NCBI GenBank assembly: GCA_023388835.1
Contig: JAEWFK010000164.1
Coordinates: 16,155 to 80,154 of the forward strand
Length of the DNA: 64,000 nt
Direction: 5' to 3'
Origin: Pseudomonadota bacterium
GTDB taxonomy: Bacteria; Pseudomonadota; Gammaproteobacteria; Burkholderiales; Burkholderiaceae_B
Shown here: positions 51,645 to 62,456 of the stretch, in pieces
Layout of the letters: each line of letters opens with the position of its first letter
Position numbering within the stretch: position 1 is the stretch's first letter
Position numbers and translations under genes: made by a program
Notes under the pieces: model-generated
Told to the model about the DNA's origin: nothing
What the model saw: only the letters and a program-made list of their open reading frames with translations
Databases searched by the model: none

Positions 51645-52946
51645 TCAATCGCGTGTTTCGTTCACGATGCGTCGCGGCGGAAAGACCAGAGAGAAGGTGC
51701 TGCCCGAGCCATAGCGGCTCTGGATTTGCAGTTCCCCCTGATGGCGCATGACGACATGCTTGGTGATCGCCAACCCCAGGCCGGTGCCGCCCGTGGCGCG
51801 GGAACGGCCGCGATCGGCGCGATAGAAGCGCTCGGTCAGGCGGGGGAGATCCTGGGGCGCAATGCCGATGCCCGTATCCTGCACTGAATACACAGCGGAA
51901 CCGTCATCCCCCCGATACCAGCTTACCGTGATGGTGCCGTCCTTAGGGGTGTAGCGCACGGCATTGGTGATCAGGTTCGATATGGCCGATGCCAGTTCGG
52001 TGTCCACGCCGTCAAGCAGAAGCGTTTCGTCGCAATGCGTGACGAACACGTGCTGGTCACGTGAAAGCAGGCGGCCTTGCTGCACGGCCTTGTACACCAG
52101 CGCGCTCATGTTTACGGGTTCGGCCTCGGAAACTGGCGAGGATTCGAGTGTCGAAAGCGTCAAAAGGTCGGAAACTATGGCTTCCATGCGACCGGCCTGC
52201 TCCCGCATCAGGCCCACATAGCGCAGCCGTTGCTCCTCTGGAAGCGATTCGCCGGGGAGGTCATGCAGGGTTTCGAGAAAGCCGGTCAAGACGGTGAGGG
52301 GGGTGCGCAATTCGTGCGAGACGTTGGCCACGAAGTCCTTGCGGGTGGTTTCCAGCCGCTCGATCTGCGTGATGTCGCGGGTCACCATCAGATAGCGGGC
52401 CACGCCGTAGTTCACCAATTGCAGCAGGAGGGTCTTTGGTTGATCACCGCTTTGCAGGTGGACTTCCAGCGGCTCGGACCAATCTGCGGCGCGCGCATAA
52501 CGGGCGAATTCCGGCGCACGGACGATATTGAAGATGCTGAAACCGATATCGCTTGTCGGGTTCAGGCCCAGATGCTCGCTGGCGCTGCGGTTGCACCAGG
52601 TCAACTGCATTTGACCGTCCAGCGTGACGGCGCCGTCGGGCAGCGCTTCGGCCGCCTCGAGCATGCGTCGCTTGTCCGTCTCCAGGCGTTCGATCTTCTG
52701 ATGATTCACGCGCAGCTGCCGGTAGATGATCGAGAGAATGTCATCCCAGGGCCCAACTGAAACAGGCGGCGCCTGCTCGACATCGTTCACCCAGCGCGTC
52801 ACGCGGGAGACTTGCAGGCCGCTTACAAGCACCATGAGCAGCAACCCGAAGGCGAACACGCCCCAACCGACATGCGGCCCCAGCCACATGCCCAGAACCG
52901 AGCCGGCCACGGCCCACAGGAAGATGGCGAAGAATGTTTTCAGCAT
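51645..52946 (-). CDS. phoR: phosphate regulon sensor histidine kinase
   Basis: DFVANVSHELRTPLTV, NLITNAVRYT, RLTERFYR, GGTGLGLAI; PAS region. Confidence 0.95.
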   Translation of the reverse strand: MLKTFFAIFLWAVAGSVLGMWLGPHVGWGVFAFGLLLMVLVSGLQVSRVTRWVNDVEQAPPVSVGPWDDILSIIYRQLRVNHQKIERLETDKRRMLEAAEALPDGAVTLDGQMQLTWCNRSASEHLGLNPTSDIGFSIFNIVRAPEFARYARAADWSEPLEVHLQSGDQPKTLLLQLVNYGVARYLMVTRDITQIERLETTRKDFVANVSHELRTPLTVLTGFLETLHDLPGESLPEEQRLRYVGLMREQAGRMEAIVSDLLTLSTLESSPVSEAEPVNMSALVYKAVQQGRLLSRDQHVFVTHCDETLLLDGVDTELASAISNLITNAVRYTPKDGTITVSWYRGDDGSAVYSVQDTGIGIAPQDLPRLTERFYRADRGRSRATGGTGLGLAITKHVVMRHQGELQIQSRYGSGSTFSLVFPPRRIVNETRD

Positions 52947-52979
52947 GATGCGCGTTGACCTGAGAGGCGGCGAGGCGGC

Positions 52980-53675
52980 CTAGCCCGCCGGGTGAATGGC
53001 GAAGCGATAGCCGGCGCCGCGTACCGTTTCGACATGAGCATCGTGACCAGAAGGTTCAAGCGCTTTGCGCAGGCGCCGAATGTGGACGTCGACCGTACGT
53101 TCTTCCACGAAAACATGGTCGCCCCAGACTTGATCCAGCAATTGTGCACGTGAAAAGACCCTTTCGGTGTGCGTCATGAAGAAATGCAGCAGGCGGAATT
53201 CCGTGGGTCCCACGGACAGCTGCCGTGCGCCGCCGGCCACACGGTGCGTGGCCGGGTCCAGGCGCAGGCCGCCGATCTCGACGATGTCGTCGGTCAGCTG
53301 CGGAGCGCGCCGCCGGAGCACCGCCTTGATGCGCGCGGTGAGTTCCTTTGGCGAAAACGGCTTGGTGATGTAGTCGTCGGCGCCGGCCTCCAGGCCTTCT
53401 ACCTTGTCATGTTCGGCGCCCTTGGCCGTCAACATGATGAGCGGCACCTGGCGGGTACGTTCGTCTGAGCGCAGGCTGCGCGCCAGCGTAATCCCGGAGG
53501 CGCCCGGCAGCATCCAGTCCAGCAGAATCAGATCGGGCAATTCGGCACGGATCAGGGTCTGGGCCTGTTCGGCATCGAAGGCGCGCAGGACCTTATGACC
53601 GGCGAAAGTCAGATTGACGGAGATCAGCTCCTGGATGGCGGGCTCGTCTTCGACGACGAGTATCGTGGTGGTCAT
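52980..53675 (-). CDS. phoB: phosphate regulon response regulator
   Basis: VEDEPAI, LDWMLPG, GPTEFRLL, ERTVDVHIRRLR. Confidence 0.96.
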   Translation of the reverse strand: MTTTILVVEDEPAIQELISVNLTFAGHKVLRAFDAEQAQTLIRAELPDLILLDWMLPGASGITLARSLRSDERTRQVPLIMLTAKGAEHDKVEGLEAGADDYITKPFSPKELTARIKAVLRRRAPQLTDDIVEIGGLRLDPATHRVAGGARQLSVGPTEFRLLHFFMTHTERVFSRAQLLDQVWGDHVFVEERTVDVHIRRLRKALEPSGHDAHVETVRGAGYRFAIHPAG

Positions 53676-53712
53676 AAATTTCAGTAGGCCTTCAGATGGT
53701 GGTCGCCCACAC

Positions 53713-53746
53713 ATACTATGGCGCGAATATTACAGGTTTGTGAAAG
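53713..53746 (-). promoter_or_regulatory. Pho box and -10 element of phoBR (autoregulation)
   Basis: Minus strand CTTTCAC-AAAC-CTGTAAT (53746-53729) vs consensus CTGTCAT-N4-CTGTCAT, exactly 10 bp before TAGTAT (53718-53713). Confidence 0.8.
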
Positions 53747-53805
53747 ATATTTTTTCACCCTGATCGGGAGTGGAAAAGAGAGGGATGTTGTACGATAGGC
53801 GGACC

Positions 53806-54573
53806 ATGAAAGAGACGCCTTTTCCCCGTACCGATACGGATTCCACCACCCATTTTGGCTATCGCAGCGTGCGCGAAAGCGAAAAAGCCGCAAAGGTGGC
53901 CGAGGTCTTCCATTCCGTCGCCGGCCGCTACGACATCATGAACGATCTCATGTCGGCCGGGCTGCATCGTGCCTGGAAGGCGTTCACGATTGCACGGGCC
54001 GATGTCCGGCCGGGAATGAGAGTGCTGGACATTGCGGGCGGTACAGGCGATCTGGCGCGCGCGTTTGCCCGCCGGGCAGGCGACTCGGGCGAGGTCTGGC
54101 TTACCGACATTAATGATTCCATGCTGCGGGTCGGTCGCGACCGGCTGGCAGACGACGGGCTGCTGCCGCCCGTGGCCGTCTGCGACGCTGAGAAGCTTCC
54201 GTTTCCGAACGGCTATTTCGACCGCGTGAGCGTGGCCTTTGGTTTGCGCAACATGACCCACAAGGACAGGGCGCTGGCCGAGATGCGCCGCGTGCTTAAG
54301 CCCGGAGGCAAGCTGCTGGTGCTGGAGTTCTCGCGCGTGCCCAAGCCCCTGGCGCCGATCTACGACTGGTATTCATTCAATGTGCTGCCCTGGCTCGGGT
54401 CCAAGGTAGCGGGCGACGCCGACAGCTACCGCTATCTGGCGGAGTCCATCCGCATGCACCCCGATCAGCAAACCTTGGCCGGCATGCTCGAAGAGGCCGG
54501 GCTGTCGCGGGTGAAGTACTTCAATCTGAGCGCCGGTATCGTGGCGCTGCACGAGGGCGTGAACATCGCCTGA
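53806..54573 (+). CDS. ubiE: ubiquinone/menaquinone C-methyltransferase
   Basis: [38 protein letters not shown]. Confidence 0.97.
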   Translation: MKETPFPRTDTDSTTHFGYRSVRESEKAAKVAEVFHSVAGRYDIMNDLMSAGLHRAWKAFTIARADVRPGMRVLDIAGGTGDLARAFARRAGDSGEVWLTDINDSMLRVGRDRLADDGLLPPVAVCDAEKLPFPNGYFDRVSVAFGLRNMTHKDRALAEMRRVLKPGGKLLVLEFSRVPKPLAPIYDWYSFNVLPWLGSKVAGDADSYRYLAESIRMHPDQQTLAGMLEEAGLSRVKYFNLSAGIVALHEGVNIA

Positions 54574-54702
54574 GCGCCCTCTGCCGCAGGGGCAGGCGAG
54601 CCCGCCCGCTTCTTGTGTGCTTTTTAAGCTTCCTGTAAGATTCAATCTTTAGACGGATTTTCATTGTTGCGCGCACGCGCGCGCTCACAGGAGCCATACA
54701 TA

Positions 54703-55698
54703 ATGTCGCAACGTTTCTCGCGATTCTTCGCCATGGCGGTGCTGGCCATTTCGGCCTCGGCCATGCTGGCCCTTCCTTTTGACGCCGAAGCACGCCGCGC
54801 CGGCGGAGGCAAGAGCTTCGGCATGCAGTCCAGTAATGTGACCAGCAAGCGATCCGCTGTTCCGCCCCCCGCCGCCCAAAGCAACAACGCTACCCGTAAC
54901 GCAGCCGCACCCGCTGCCGGCGCTGCAGCCGGTGCCACTGCAGCGCGCAGCGGCATGTCCCGTTTCCTGGGCCCCATCGCCGGCATCGCCGCCGGCCTGG
55001 GCATTGCAGCCCTCCTGTCGCATCTGGGTCTGGGCGGCGCTTTGCTTGAGTTCCTGTCCAGCGCGATCCTAATCGGCCTGGTGATATTCGCGGTGATCTT
55101 CCTTGTGCGCAAGCTGCGCGGCGGTACCCGCCAGCCGGCCATGGCGCACGGTGGCCACAGCAACAACAGCTTCCGCAATGCGGGCAATGCAGGCAACGGC
55201 GGCAATGTCGGGAACCCGCTGCGGCGCCAGCAATCCGCCCCGCCTCAGGCGCCGGTCGCGCCCGCCGCGCCTATGGCGGCAACAGCCGCTGCGGCTCCGG
55301 CAGACACCAGCTGGTTCATTCCCGACAACTTCGATACGTCGGCTTTTCTGGCCAATGCCAAGCAACAGTTCATTCGCATCCAAGGCATCTGGGATCGCGG
55401 CGATCTCGATGAACTGCGCGACTACATGACCGACGACCTCATCGCCGAGATCAAGCCTGAGCTGCTGGCTCGCGGCGAAGACAATCACACCGAGGTGGTC
55501 CTGCTGAATGCGGAACTGCTGGGTATCGAGCAGGTATCGGGCGGTCACTTGGCAAGCGTGCGCTACTCGGGCATGTTGCGCGAAAACCGTGAAGGTGAAG
55601 CCTTTCGTTTTGAAGAAGTCTGGAACCTGTACAAAGGCGAGAGCGCAGGCTGGCTCCTGGCGGGCATCCAGCAGATTCCGTTGGACCACGCAAGCTGA
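54703..55698 (+). CDS. Tim44-like domain protein
   Basis: AEARRAGGGKSFG, GGA-rich TM region, FEEVWNL, WLLAGIQQ; usual ubiE neighbour. Confidence 0.88.
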   Translation: MSQRFSRFFAMAVLAISASAMLALPFDAEARRAGGGKSFGMQSSNVTSKRSAVPPPAAQSNNATRNAAAPAAGAAAGATAARSGMSRFLGPIAGIAAGLGIAALLSHLGLGGALLEFLSSAILIGLVIFAVIFLVRKLRGGTRQPAMAHGGHSNNSFRNAGNAGNGGNVGNPLRRQQSAPPQAPVAPAAPMAATAAAAPADTSWFIPDNFDTSAFLANAKQQFIRIQGIWDRGDLDELRDYMTDDLIAEIKPELLARGEDNHTEVVLLNAELLGIEQVSGGHLASVRYSGMLRENREGEAFRFEEVWNLYKGESAGWLLAGIQQIPLDHAS

Positions 55699-55769
55699 TC
55701 GGCACAGGCGTCCGGCCCGCTGCGCGGCCCGCAAGGGCGGCGGCAGGTCTTGCGCGGTCGCACTCCTCT

Positions 55770-55802
55770 GCAAAAAAGGCACCCTCGCGGTGCCTTTTTT
55801 GC
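55770..55802. terminator. intrinsic terminator after the tim44-like gene
   Basis: Perfect 14-bp inverted repeat GCAAAAAAGGCACC-CTCGC-GGTGCCTTTTTTGC including a T6 tract. Confidence 0.85.
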
Positions 55803-55908
55803 TGGGAGCAGGCGTTGCGTCTTCCGTCACCTAACGCGCCGCCGCAAACCCGTTAAACTTTAGGGCGCCCGGCGCGCTTCCAACCTTTACGATTCCTGCC
55901 ACCAAGCC

Positions 55909-56529
55909 ATGCTGCCCTTGCCCCCGGTGTTTTCCCCCACTGCGCTGACCGTTCAAGCACTCAATGCCTTGCTGCGGCGAGAGCAATGGGCCGCCGAACG
56001 GCTGAGCCGCCATGCGGGAAAATGCCTGCGCTTCACGGTGGGCAGCATGCGCGTCGATCTGTCCATCGAAGCGTCCGGCCAGGTGCAGGCCTGCGACCCG
56101 GCCGTCGTGCCTGACGTCACGCTGACGCTGGCTGCGCAGCACCTGGCTGACCTTCCCGCCATCCTGCGCAGCCGCGATGTCTCCGCCATCAGCGACAAGC
56201 TGCATGTACAGGGCGACGCCGCCTTGGCCACATTGGTCTCGGAACTCGCGCGCGACCTGCGCTGGGACGCAGAAGAAGATCTCTCAGCCGTCTTTGGCGA
56301 TGTGTTGGGGCCGCGCCTGCTGCAAGGGGCCCGTGCCGCCGCCGGCTTCGCTCAGTCCGCTGCTCAGCGCGCGACTGCCAATCTGGCCGAGTACTTGGGT
56401 GAAGAAAGCGGCATGCTGCTCACGCGCTCCGCTCTGGATGCCCTGCGCCAAGACGGAAGCGGTCTGCTGCGCCGCCTGGACGCACTGGAGCGCCGGGTCG
56501 GTGAGCTGGCCGGCAAGAGGAGAGGCTGA
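55909..56529 (+). CDS. ubiJ: ubiquinone biosynthesis accessory factor (SCP2 domain)
   Basis: [37 protein letters not shown]; upstream of ubiB. Confidence 0.9.
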   Translation: MLPLPPVFSPTALTVQALNALLRREQWAAERLSRHAGKCLRFTVGSMRVDLSIEASGQVQACDPAVVPDVTLTLAAQHLADLPAILRSRDVSAISDKLHVQGDAALATLVSELARDLRWDAEEDLSAVFGDVLGPRLLQGARAAAGFAQSAAQRATANLAEYLGEESGMLLTRSALDALRQDGSGLLRRLDALERRVGELAGKRRG

Positions 56530-56530
56530 C

Positions 56531-58084
56531 ATGTTTCCCTTGTTCCGCCTGGGTTATATCATCATTGTGGCATTGCGCTACCGGCTTGATGAGCTGGTGC
56601 TCTCAGGCATCCGCCATCCCATCGCCTATGCGTTGCTCAAGGTCCTGCGCTTTGGGCGGCCTCCAAAGATGGCGCGTGGCGTACGCCTGCGCCGGGCGCT
56701 CGAGTCCTTGGGGCCGATCTTCGTGAAATTCGGACAGGTGATGTCCACACGCCGCGACCTGATCCCGCTGGATGTCGCGGTGGAACTTGCCCTGTTGCAG
56801 GATCGCGTACCGCCATTTCCGTCGGCCCAGGCGGCCGCCATCATCGAAGCCGCCCTGGGCGCTTCGCCGCAGACCTTGTTCCGGCATTTCGAGATGGACC
56901 CGGTGGCCTCGGCGTCCATTGCCCAGGTGCATTATGCAGTGCTGCACGACGGCCGCGAGGTTGCCGTGAAAGTGTTGCGCCCCGGCATGCGCGACGTCCT
57001 GGAGAAGGACCTGGCCCTCATGCGCATACTGGCCGGCCTGGTGGAGCGCCTCTCGCTGGACGCTCGCCGGCTGAAGCCCCGCCAGGTGGTCAGGGAATTC
57101 GATACCTATCTGCATGACGAACTCGATCTGATCCGCGAGGCCTCGAACTGCAGCCAGTTGCGCCGCAACTTCAGCGCGGAACGCGGGCGCCCCGAGCTCC
57201 TGATGGTGCCTGAAGTGGTGTGGGAATACTGCGCCACCACGGTCTTCACGATGGAATGGATGCGCGGCATACCGGTCAGCCATATCGACCGCCTCACCGA
57301 GGCCGGCGTCGATACCAAGGCGTTGGCGCGCACGGGCGTGGAGATCTTCTTCACACAGGTGTTCACCGACGGCTTCTTCCACGCCGATATGCACCCGGGA
57401 AACATCTATGTGTCGGACGAACCCGCGACCCTCGGCCGTTACATCGCCCTGGATTTCGGTATCGTGGGCACGCTTTCAGAGTTCGACAAGAACTACCTGG
57501 CGCAGAATTTCCTTGCCTTCTTCCGCCGCGACTATCGGCGCGTGGCTCAGTTGCACATCGAGTCCGGCTGGGCGCCCCCCACGACGCGAGAAGAAGAGCT
57601 TGAGGGCGCCGTGCGCGCGGTGTGCGAGCCCTACTTTGACCGGCCCCTGTCGGAAATATCTCTGGGCCAGGTGTTGCTGCGGCTCTTCCAGACCTCACGC
57701 CGTTTCAACGTCGAGATCCAGCCGCAGCTGGTCCTGCTGCAGAAGACTTTGCTGAACGTCGAGGGCATGGGGCGTGAGCTCGATCCCTCCCTGGATCTCT
57801 GGCAGACCGCGAAGCCATATCTCGAGCGGTGGATGCGCGAGCGTATCGGCCTGGCGGGTTTGAAGCGCGAGCTCGACAAGGAAGCCACCCAGTGGGCGCA
57901 ACTGATTCCCCAATTGCCGCGATTGGTACACACCCGATTGAGCCGACCCGATGTCGGCCCGGCCACCTTCCTGGAATTGCAGCGTCTGGTGAACGCACAG
58001 CGGCGCACCAACCGGCTGCTGGCCGTGCTGCTTGCTGTGCTGGCCGCCGGTCTGGGCGTGGCTGTCTGGGCCATTACGCAATAG
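56531..58084 (+). CDS. ubiB: ubiquinone biosynthesis protein kinase-like UbiB
   Basis: [44 protein letters not shown] 56531. Confidence 0.96.
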   Translation: MFPLFRLGYIIIVALRYRLDELVLSGIRHPIAYALLKVLRFGRPPKMARGVRLRRALESLGPIFVKFGQVMSTRRDLIPLDVAVELALLQDRVPPFPSAQAAAIIEAALGASPQTLFRHFEMDPVASASIAQVHYAVLHDGREVAVKVLRPGMRDVLEKDLALMRILAGLVERLSLDARRLKPRQVVREFDTYLHDELDLIREASNCSQLRRNFSAERGRPELLMVPEVVWEYCATTVFTMEWMRGIPVSHIDRLTEAGVDTKALARTGVEIFFTQVFTDGFFHADMHPGNIYVSDEPATLGRYIALDFGIVGTLSEFDKNYLAQNFLAFFRRDYRRVAQLHIESGWAPPTTREEELEGAVRAVCEPYFDRPLSEISLGQVLLRLFQTSRRFNVEIQPQLVLLQKTLLNVEGMGRELDPSLDLWQTAKPYLERWMRERIGLAGLKRELDKEATQWAQLIPQLPRLVHTRLSRPDVGPATFLELQRLVNAQRRTNRLLAVLLAVLAAGLGVAVWAITQ

Positions 58085-58092
58085 GACTCTCG

Positions 58093-58578
58093 ATGTCGGC
58101 CAATTTCGAATCCAAGATTCACGACCCTGGTGTACTGCACCGCCTGCTGCAAGAAGGAAGCCTCGCGCGTCCGCTCGTCTTCACCAATGGCGTGTTCGAC
58201 ATTCTGCATCGGGGGCATGCCACCTATCTGGACGCTGCCGCCCGGCTGGGTGCCACGCTGGTGGTGGCGCTGAACACCGACGCGTCGGTGCGCCGACTGG
58301 GCAAGGGCGAGGATCGTCCTCTCAATGTGCAGGCCGACCGCATGGCGATGGTGGCCGCGCTGGCTTCCGTGGATGCCGTGACCTGGTTCGACGAGGACAC
58401 GCCGCAGGCGCTCATCGAGCTTCTGAAGCCGGAATTGATCGTGAAGGGCGGTGACTACGATATGGAGACGCTGCCCGAGACGGCAGCGGTTCGTAGCTGG
58501 GGGGGCGACGCCGTCGCCATCCCCTTCGAATTCCAGCGTTCGACTACTGCCCTTCTGAAGAAGATTCGGGCGGAGTAA
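58093..58578 (+). CDS. RfaE domain II-like adenylyl/cytidylyltransferase (HldC-like)
   Basis: FTNGVFDILHRGH, NTDASV..LGKG..RP, FDEDTP, VKGGDY, STT. Confidence 0.9.
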   Translation: MSANFESKIHDPGVLHRLLQEGSLARPLVFTNGVFDILHRGHATYLDAAARLGATLVVALNTDASVRRLGKGEDRPLNVQADRMAMVAALASVDAVTWFDEDTPQALIELLKPELIVKGGDYDMETLPETAAVRSWGGDAVAIPFEFQRSTTALLKKIRAE

Positions 58579-59896
58579 GCAGGGCGTTGATGGCGACGAG
58601 ATCGGCTTCCTGAAGAATGCCGGCCGCGGCCTTGAGCTGCAGGCCGTTCATGAGCGTGTCGTAGCGCGCGCGGGCCAGCGCTCGCTGCGTGACATAGAGT
58701 TGCTGCTCGGCATTCAGGACGTCGATATTGATGCGCACGCCGATTTCATAACCGGTGCGGTTGGCCTGCAGAGCGGCCTCGCTGGATCGTTCGGCGGCCT
58801 GCAGCGCGGCGACCTGCGAGAGCCCGGCCACCACGCCCTTGAAGTACCTTTGCGCGGCTTGGACAGACGCCCGCCGCGTGTCTTCGAGCTGGGCGCGCGC
58901 ATATTGCAGTCGCGAAGTCTGCTCGCGTACGCGGGAAGAGATTTCCCCGCCGGTAAACAGCGGTATGGACAATTGCACGCCGACGGTGCTGTCTAGAGAC
59001 CGGGGGCCGGCGCGGTAGCCCTCGATACCATAGTCGGACGCGCTGCCCGTGCGCGCCACGAAATCGACCGTGGGGGCGTGAGCGCCCTTGGCGATGTCGA
59101 TTTCCTTCTGGGCGATCTGCGTCTGCAGTTCCGCGTTGGCCACCGCCAAGCCTCCATGCGAAGCCTGATCGGCCCAGGCTTCCAGGCGATTGGGTTCGGG
59201 GGCGGGCAGCGGCGCCTCGCGCAACAGTTCGGCCAGCGCACCGGGGCGTTCGGCGATGATGCGCGCCAAAGTGTCTTCGGCGAGCTGAAGTTCATTGCGA
59301 AGGTTCACTTCGCTGGCCAGAATCAGATCGAGCCGGGCCTGTGCTTCGTGGGCATCGGTGATAGTGGTGGCGCCGAGCTCAAAGCTTTGCTGCGCCGCCC
59401 GCAACTGAGTTGCGATGGCCGCCTTTTCGCCCAGCAGGGCGCGCAGGCTGTCTTGCGATGCGAGCACGTCGAAGTAGGCCTGAGCGGTGCGCAGGAGCAG
59501 GTCCTGGTAGGCCATACGGTGGGCGATGTCGGCCTGGCTCACCTGGAAATCGGCGCGCTGCAGTGTATCCCAGGCGGGCAAATCGAACAGCGGCTGCACC
59601 AGCGCAAGCGACCACGATGCATGCCGGCTCGTTCGGCTGTCTGAAAGGTCGCGAGCGCGGCGAAGGTTGTCGACATCGGCGCCGGCGGTGGCCGTGACAT
59701 ACGGAAGCAGGCGCGCGCGGGCCTGCGGGACTCTTTCCTGGTCGGCCGTTCTTGCGTAACCGCTGGCCGCATAAATGGGATCGCGTTCCAGCGCAAGCTG
59801 CCAGACTTCGAGAAGGTCGCGCCCATGCGCGGCCGACAGGCCCAGGTATAGGGCTATCGCAAGCAATAGCCGTTTATGCTGCCTGCGCAAACGCAT
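58544..59896 (-). CDS. TolC-family outer membrane efflux protein
   Basis: Signal peptide, QPLFD, AYFDVL, FELG, SIPLFTGG, GYEIGVR..IDVLNA; downstream of pcm. Confidence 0.9.
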   Translation of the reverse strand: MRLRRQHKRLLLAIALYLGLSAAHGRDLLEVWQLALERDPIYAASGYARTADQERVPQARARLLPYVTATAGADVDNLRRARDLSDSRTSRHASWSLALVQPLFDLPAWDTLQRADFQVSQADIAHRMAYQDLLLRTAQAYFDVLASQDSLRALLGEKAAIATQLRAAQQSFELGATTITDAHEAQARLDLILASEVNLRNELQLAEDTLARIIAERPGALAELLREAPLPAPEPNRLEAWADQASHGGLAVANAELQTQIAQKEIDIAKGAHAPTVDFVARTGSASDYGIEGYRAGPRSLDSTVGVQLSIPLFTGGEISSRVREQTSRLQYARAQLEDTRRASVQAAQRYFKGVVAGLSQVAALQAAERSSEAALQANRTGYEIGVRINIDVLNAEQQLYVTQRALARARYDTLMNGLQLKAAAGILQEADLVAINALLTPPESSSEGQ

Positions 59897-60577
59897 TCAG
59901 AACTTGAACTGGGACACCGCGACCCCGCGCAACGGCTTGATCAGGGTGTCGAACAGTGCGGTGGTCTCGAAGCTGGCGGCGCTGCTGCGCGTGATGCGGT
60001 AGCCGGTCATGACGGGGGCCTGGCCAACGATCACGACCAGACGGCCGCCGACGCGCAATTGGTATTTCAGGGCGTCGGGCACGGCGGGGACCGAGCCGGT
60101 GACCAGGATGGCGTCGTACTCGGTCGTGCCCCAGCCGGTGTGTGCATCGCCGGTTTCGACATTGACGTTGTTAACCTGGTTGCGTGCCAGATTTTCGGCG
60201 CCGAACGCGGCCAGCCGGCTGTCGACTTCCACCGAGGTGATCTGCTGTGCCAGCCTGGCCAGCAAGGCGGCTTGGTAGCCGGAACCCGTGCCGATCTCGA
60301 GTACGCAGTCAGTGGGCTGCAAGCGGAGTTCCTGCGCGAGCCGGGCTTCGAGCTTGGGGGTGAGCATGGTCTCGCGTGTGTCGACGGAACTGATGACGAG
60401 CGGCAGTTCGACGTCGGAAAAAGCCAGGCTTTTCATGGGCGCGGGCACGTAGCGTTCACGCGGCACGTCAAAGAGCGCCTGCAGAACGCGCTCGTCGCTG
60501 ACATCCCAAGGGCGGATCTGCTGTTCCACCATGTTGAAACGGGCGTGTTCGAGTTCGGATAGTGCGGTGGCGTTCAT
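59897..60577 (-). CDS. pcm: protein-L-isoaspartate O-methyltransferase
   Basis: ARFNMVEQQIRPW, VPRERYVP, LEIGTGSGY, QLRVGGRL. Confidence 0.9.
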   Translation of the reverse strand: MNATALSELEHARFNMVEQQIRPWDVSDERVLQALFDVPRERYVPAPMKSLAFSDVELPLVISSVDTRETMLTPKLEARLAQELRLQPTDCVLEIGTGSGYQAALLARLAQQITSVEVDSRLAAFGAENLARNQVNNVNVETGDAHTGWGTTEYDAILVTGSVPAVPDALKYQLRVGGRLVVIVGQAPVMTGYRITRSSAASFETTALFDTLIKPLRGVAVSQFKF

Positions 60578-60645
60578 GGTTTTCTTGGAATCTTGGTGTC
60601 TGGCAAGAGGCGCGGCGCAAGCCTGCGCCCAGTCGAATCCACCTA

Positions 60646-61473
60646 CTATAGCCGATTTGCCGGCTTCCATAACGCATGGAAGTGATGCACCGGGCCGTGG
60701 CCGGAACCGGCCTCCAGCTCGCCGGATCGGGCGATGGCCGCGACCAGATATGCCTTGGCATGGCGGGCGGCTTCCGGCACGTCGGGGCCCTGCGGCAGAA
60801 GCGCCGCCAATGCCGCGGACAGGGTGCAACCGGTCCCGTGCGTGTTGCGGGTGGGGATGCGTGTGCCGGGCAGTTCAATCATGCGGTCGCCATCGTGCAG
60901 GATGTCGATGGTGTCGTTGCCCGGCAGATGGCCGCCCTTCAGGAAGACCCAGCGTCGATCATCGTCGGCAAGCAACCGGCGCAGGCGCTCGGCTACGCGG
61001 CGCATTTCCTTCACCGTCTCCACGGGACGGCTGTCCAGCAGCACGCCCGCTTCGGGCAGATTGGGCGTGATCATCGTCGCCTGGGGAACCAGGCTGTCCC
61101 GCAGTTCATCGATGGCTTCCCGCTCCAGTAGTGCGTCGCCGCTCTTGGCGATCATGACGGGGTCGAGCACCAGATGAGCCGGTTTCCAGTGCGCCATGCG
61201 CTCGGCCACGATGCGGGTGACGGCATGCTGGCCCAGCATGCCGATCTTTACGGCGTCGATACGGACATCCGCGAACAAGGTGTCGATCTGGGCCGCGACG
61301 AATGCCGGGGCGACCGGCGCGATGTCCGTTACGCCCAAGGTGTTCTGCGCAGTGAGGGCGGCCACGACCGCCGTGCCGTAGGCGCCCAGCGCACTCATGG
61401 TCTTCACGTCGGCGAGAATGCCGGCCCCGCCGGACGGGTCGACGCCGGCGATGGTCAGGGTGTTCGGAATCAT
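60646..61473 (-). CDS. thiD: hydroxymethylpyrimidine/phosphomethylpyrimidine kinase
   Basis: AGVDPSGGAGI.AD, TAQNT, KIGML, TPNLPEA, HGTGCTLS, GHGPVHH. Confidence 0.96.
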   Translation of the reverse strand: MIPNTLTIAGVDPSGGAGILADVKTMSALGAYGTAVVAALTAQNTLGVTDIAPVAPAFVAAQIDTLFADVRIDAVKIGMLGQHAVTRIVAERMAHWKPAHLVLDPVMIAKSGDALLEREAIDELRDSLVPQATMITPNLPEAGVLLDSRPVETVKEMRRVAERLRRLLADDDRRWVFLKGGHLPGNDTIDILHDGDRMIELPGTRIPTRNTHGTGCTLSAALAALLPQGPDVPEAARHAKAYLVAAIARSGELEAGSGHGPVHHFHALWKPANRL

Positions 61474-61483
61474 GGCTGCGCGG

Positions 61484-62284
61484 TCACTGCTTCAGGGGCT
61501 GGAGCAGCCCTTCTTCCGGAGAACTGGGGTCGGCGCTGTAGAACTTGCGCGGTACCCGGCCGGCCAACCAGGCTTCGCGACCGGCCTGCACCGCCTTCTT
61601 CATGGCGCTCGCCATAAGGACAGGATCGCGGGCGCCGGCAATAGCCGTATTCATCAGAACCCCGTCGCAGCCGAGTTCCATGGCGATGGCGGCGTCAGAC
61701 GCCGTGCCTACGCCGGCGTCCACAAGTACGGGCACCTGGCTCTGATCGATGATGAGGCGGAGGTTCCAGGGGTTGAGAATGCCCATGCCGGAACCGATCA
61801 GCGAGGCCAGCGGCATGATGGCCACGCAGCCCATGTCTTCCAGCATGCGGCACTGGATGGGATCATCGGTGCAATACACCATGACCTTGAATCCGTCGGC
61901 GACGAGAGTGCGCGCGGCTTCAAGAGTGGCCGGCATATTGGGGAAGAGGTTGTCTTTGTCGCCCAGCACTTCCAGTTTCACCAGGTTGTGGCCGTCGAGC
62001 AGTTCGCGCGCCAGGCGCAATGTGCGCACGGCGTCTTGAGCGGTGTAGCAGCCGGCCGTATTGGGAAGAATGGTATAGCGGTCGGTGGGCAGGAAATCCA
62101 GCAGATTGGGTTCGCCGCTGTTCTGCCCGATATTGGTGCGCCGGATGGCGACGGTGACGATCTCGGCCTCGCTGGCTTCGATCGCCTGACGGGTTTCCTC
62201 GAAATCCTTGTATTTGCCGGTGCCTACGAGCAGGCGGGAACGATATTCTCGGCCTGCAAGGGTGAAGGTGTCTGCTTGAGTCAT
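61484..62284 (-). CDS. thiG: thiazole synthase
   Basis: [34 protein letters not shown]; start MTQAD at 62284. Confidence 0.96.
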   Translation of the reverse strand: MTQADTFTLAGREYRSRLLVGTGKYKDFEETRQAIEASEAEIVTVAIRRTNIGQNSGEPNLLDFLPTDRYTILPNTAGCYTAQDAVRTLRLARELLDGHNLVKLEVLGDKDNLFPNMPATLEAARTLVADGFKVMVYCTDDPIQCRMLEDMGCVAIMPLASLIGSGMGILNPWNLRLIIDQSQVPVLVDAGVGTASDAAIAMELGCDGVLMNTAIAGARDPVLMASAMKKAVQAGREAWLAGRVPRKFYSADPSSPEEGLLQPLKQ

Positions 62285-62456
62285 GATGATGAAGGTCGTT
62301 ACCGCTGTTTGGGTCGAATCCATCAAGAATAATCCATTGCCGCCGTCTGCGCAGGCCGTCCCAGGCGGGGCATGCGCCTGTGTATTGATCGGGCGTAAGC
62401 TTGCCGCGCATAGTGCGGAGCCGCTTTGCGCGCGCAAGGTGGCCGAAGTTCCGGCT

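Noticed and set aside
56177..56530. Apparent 635-aa UbiB with a long N-terminal extension
   Set aside because: The extension overlaps ubiJ; an ATG at 56531 follows the ubiJ stop and a GAGG RBS
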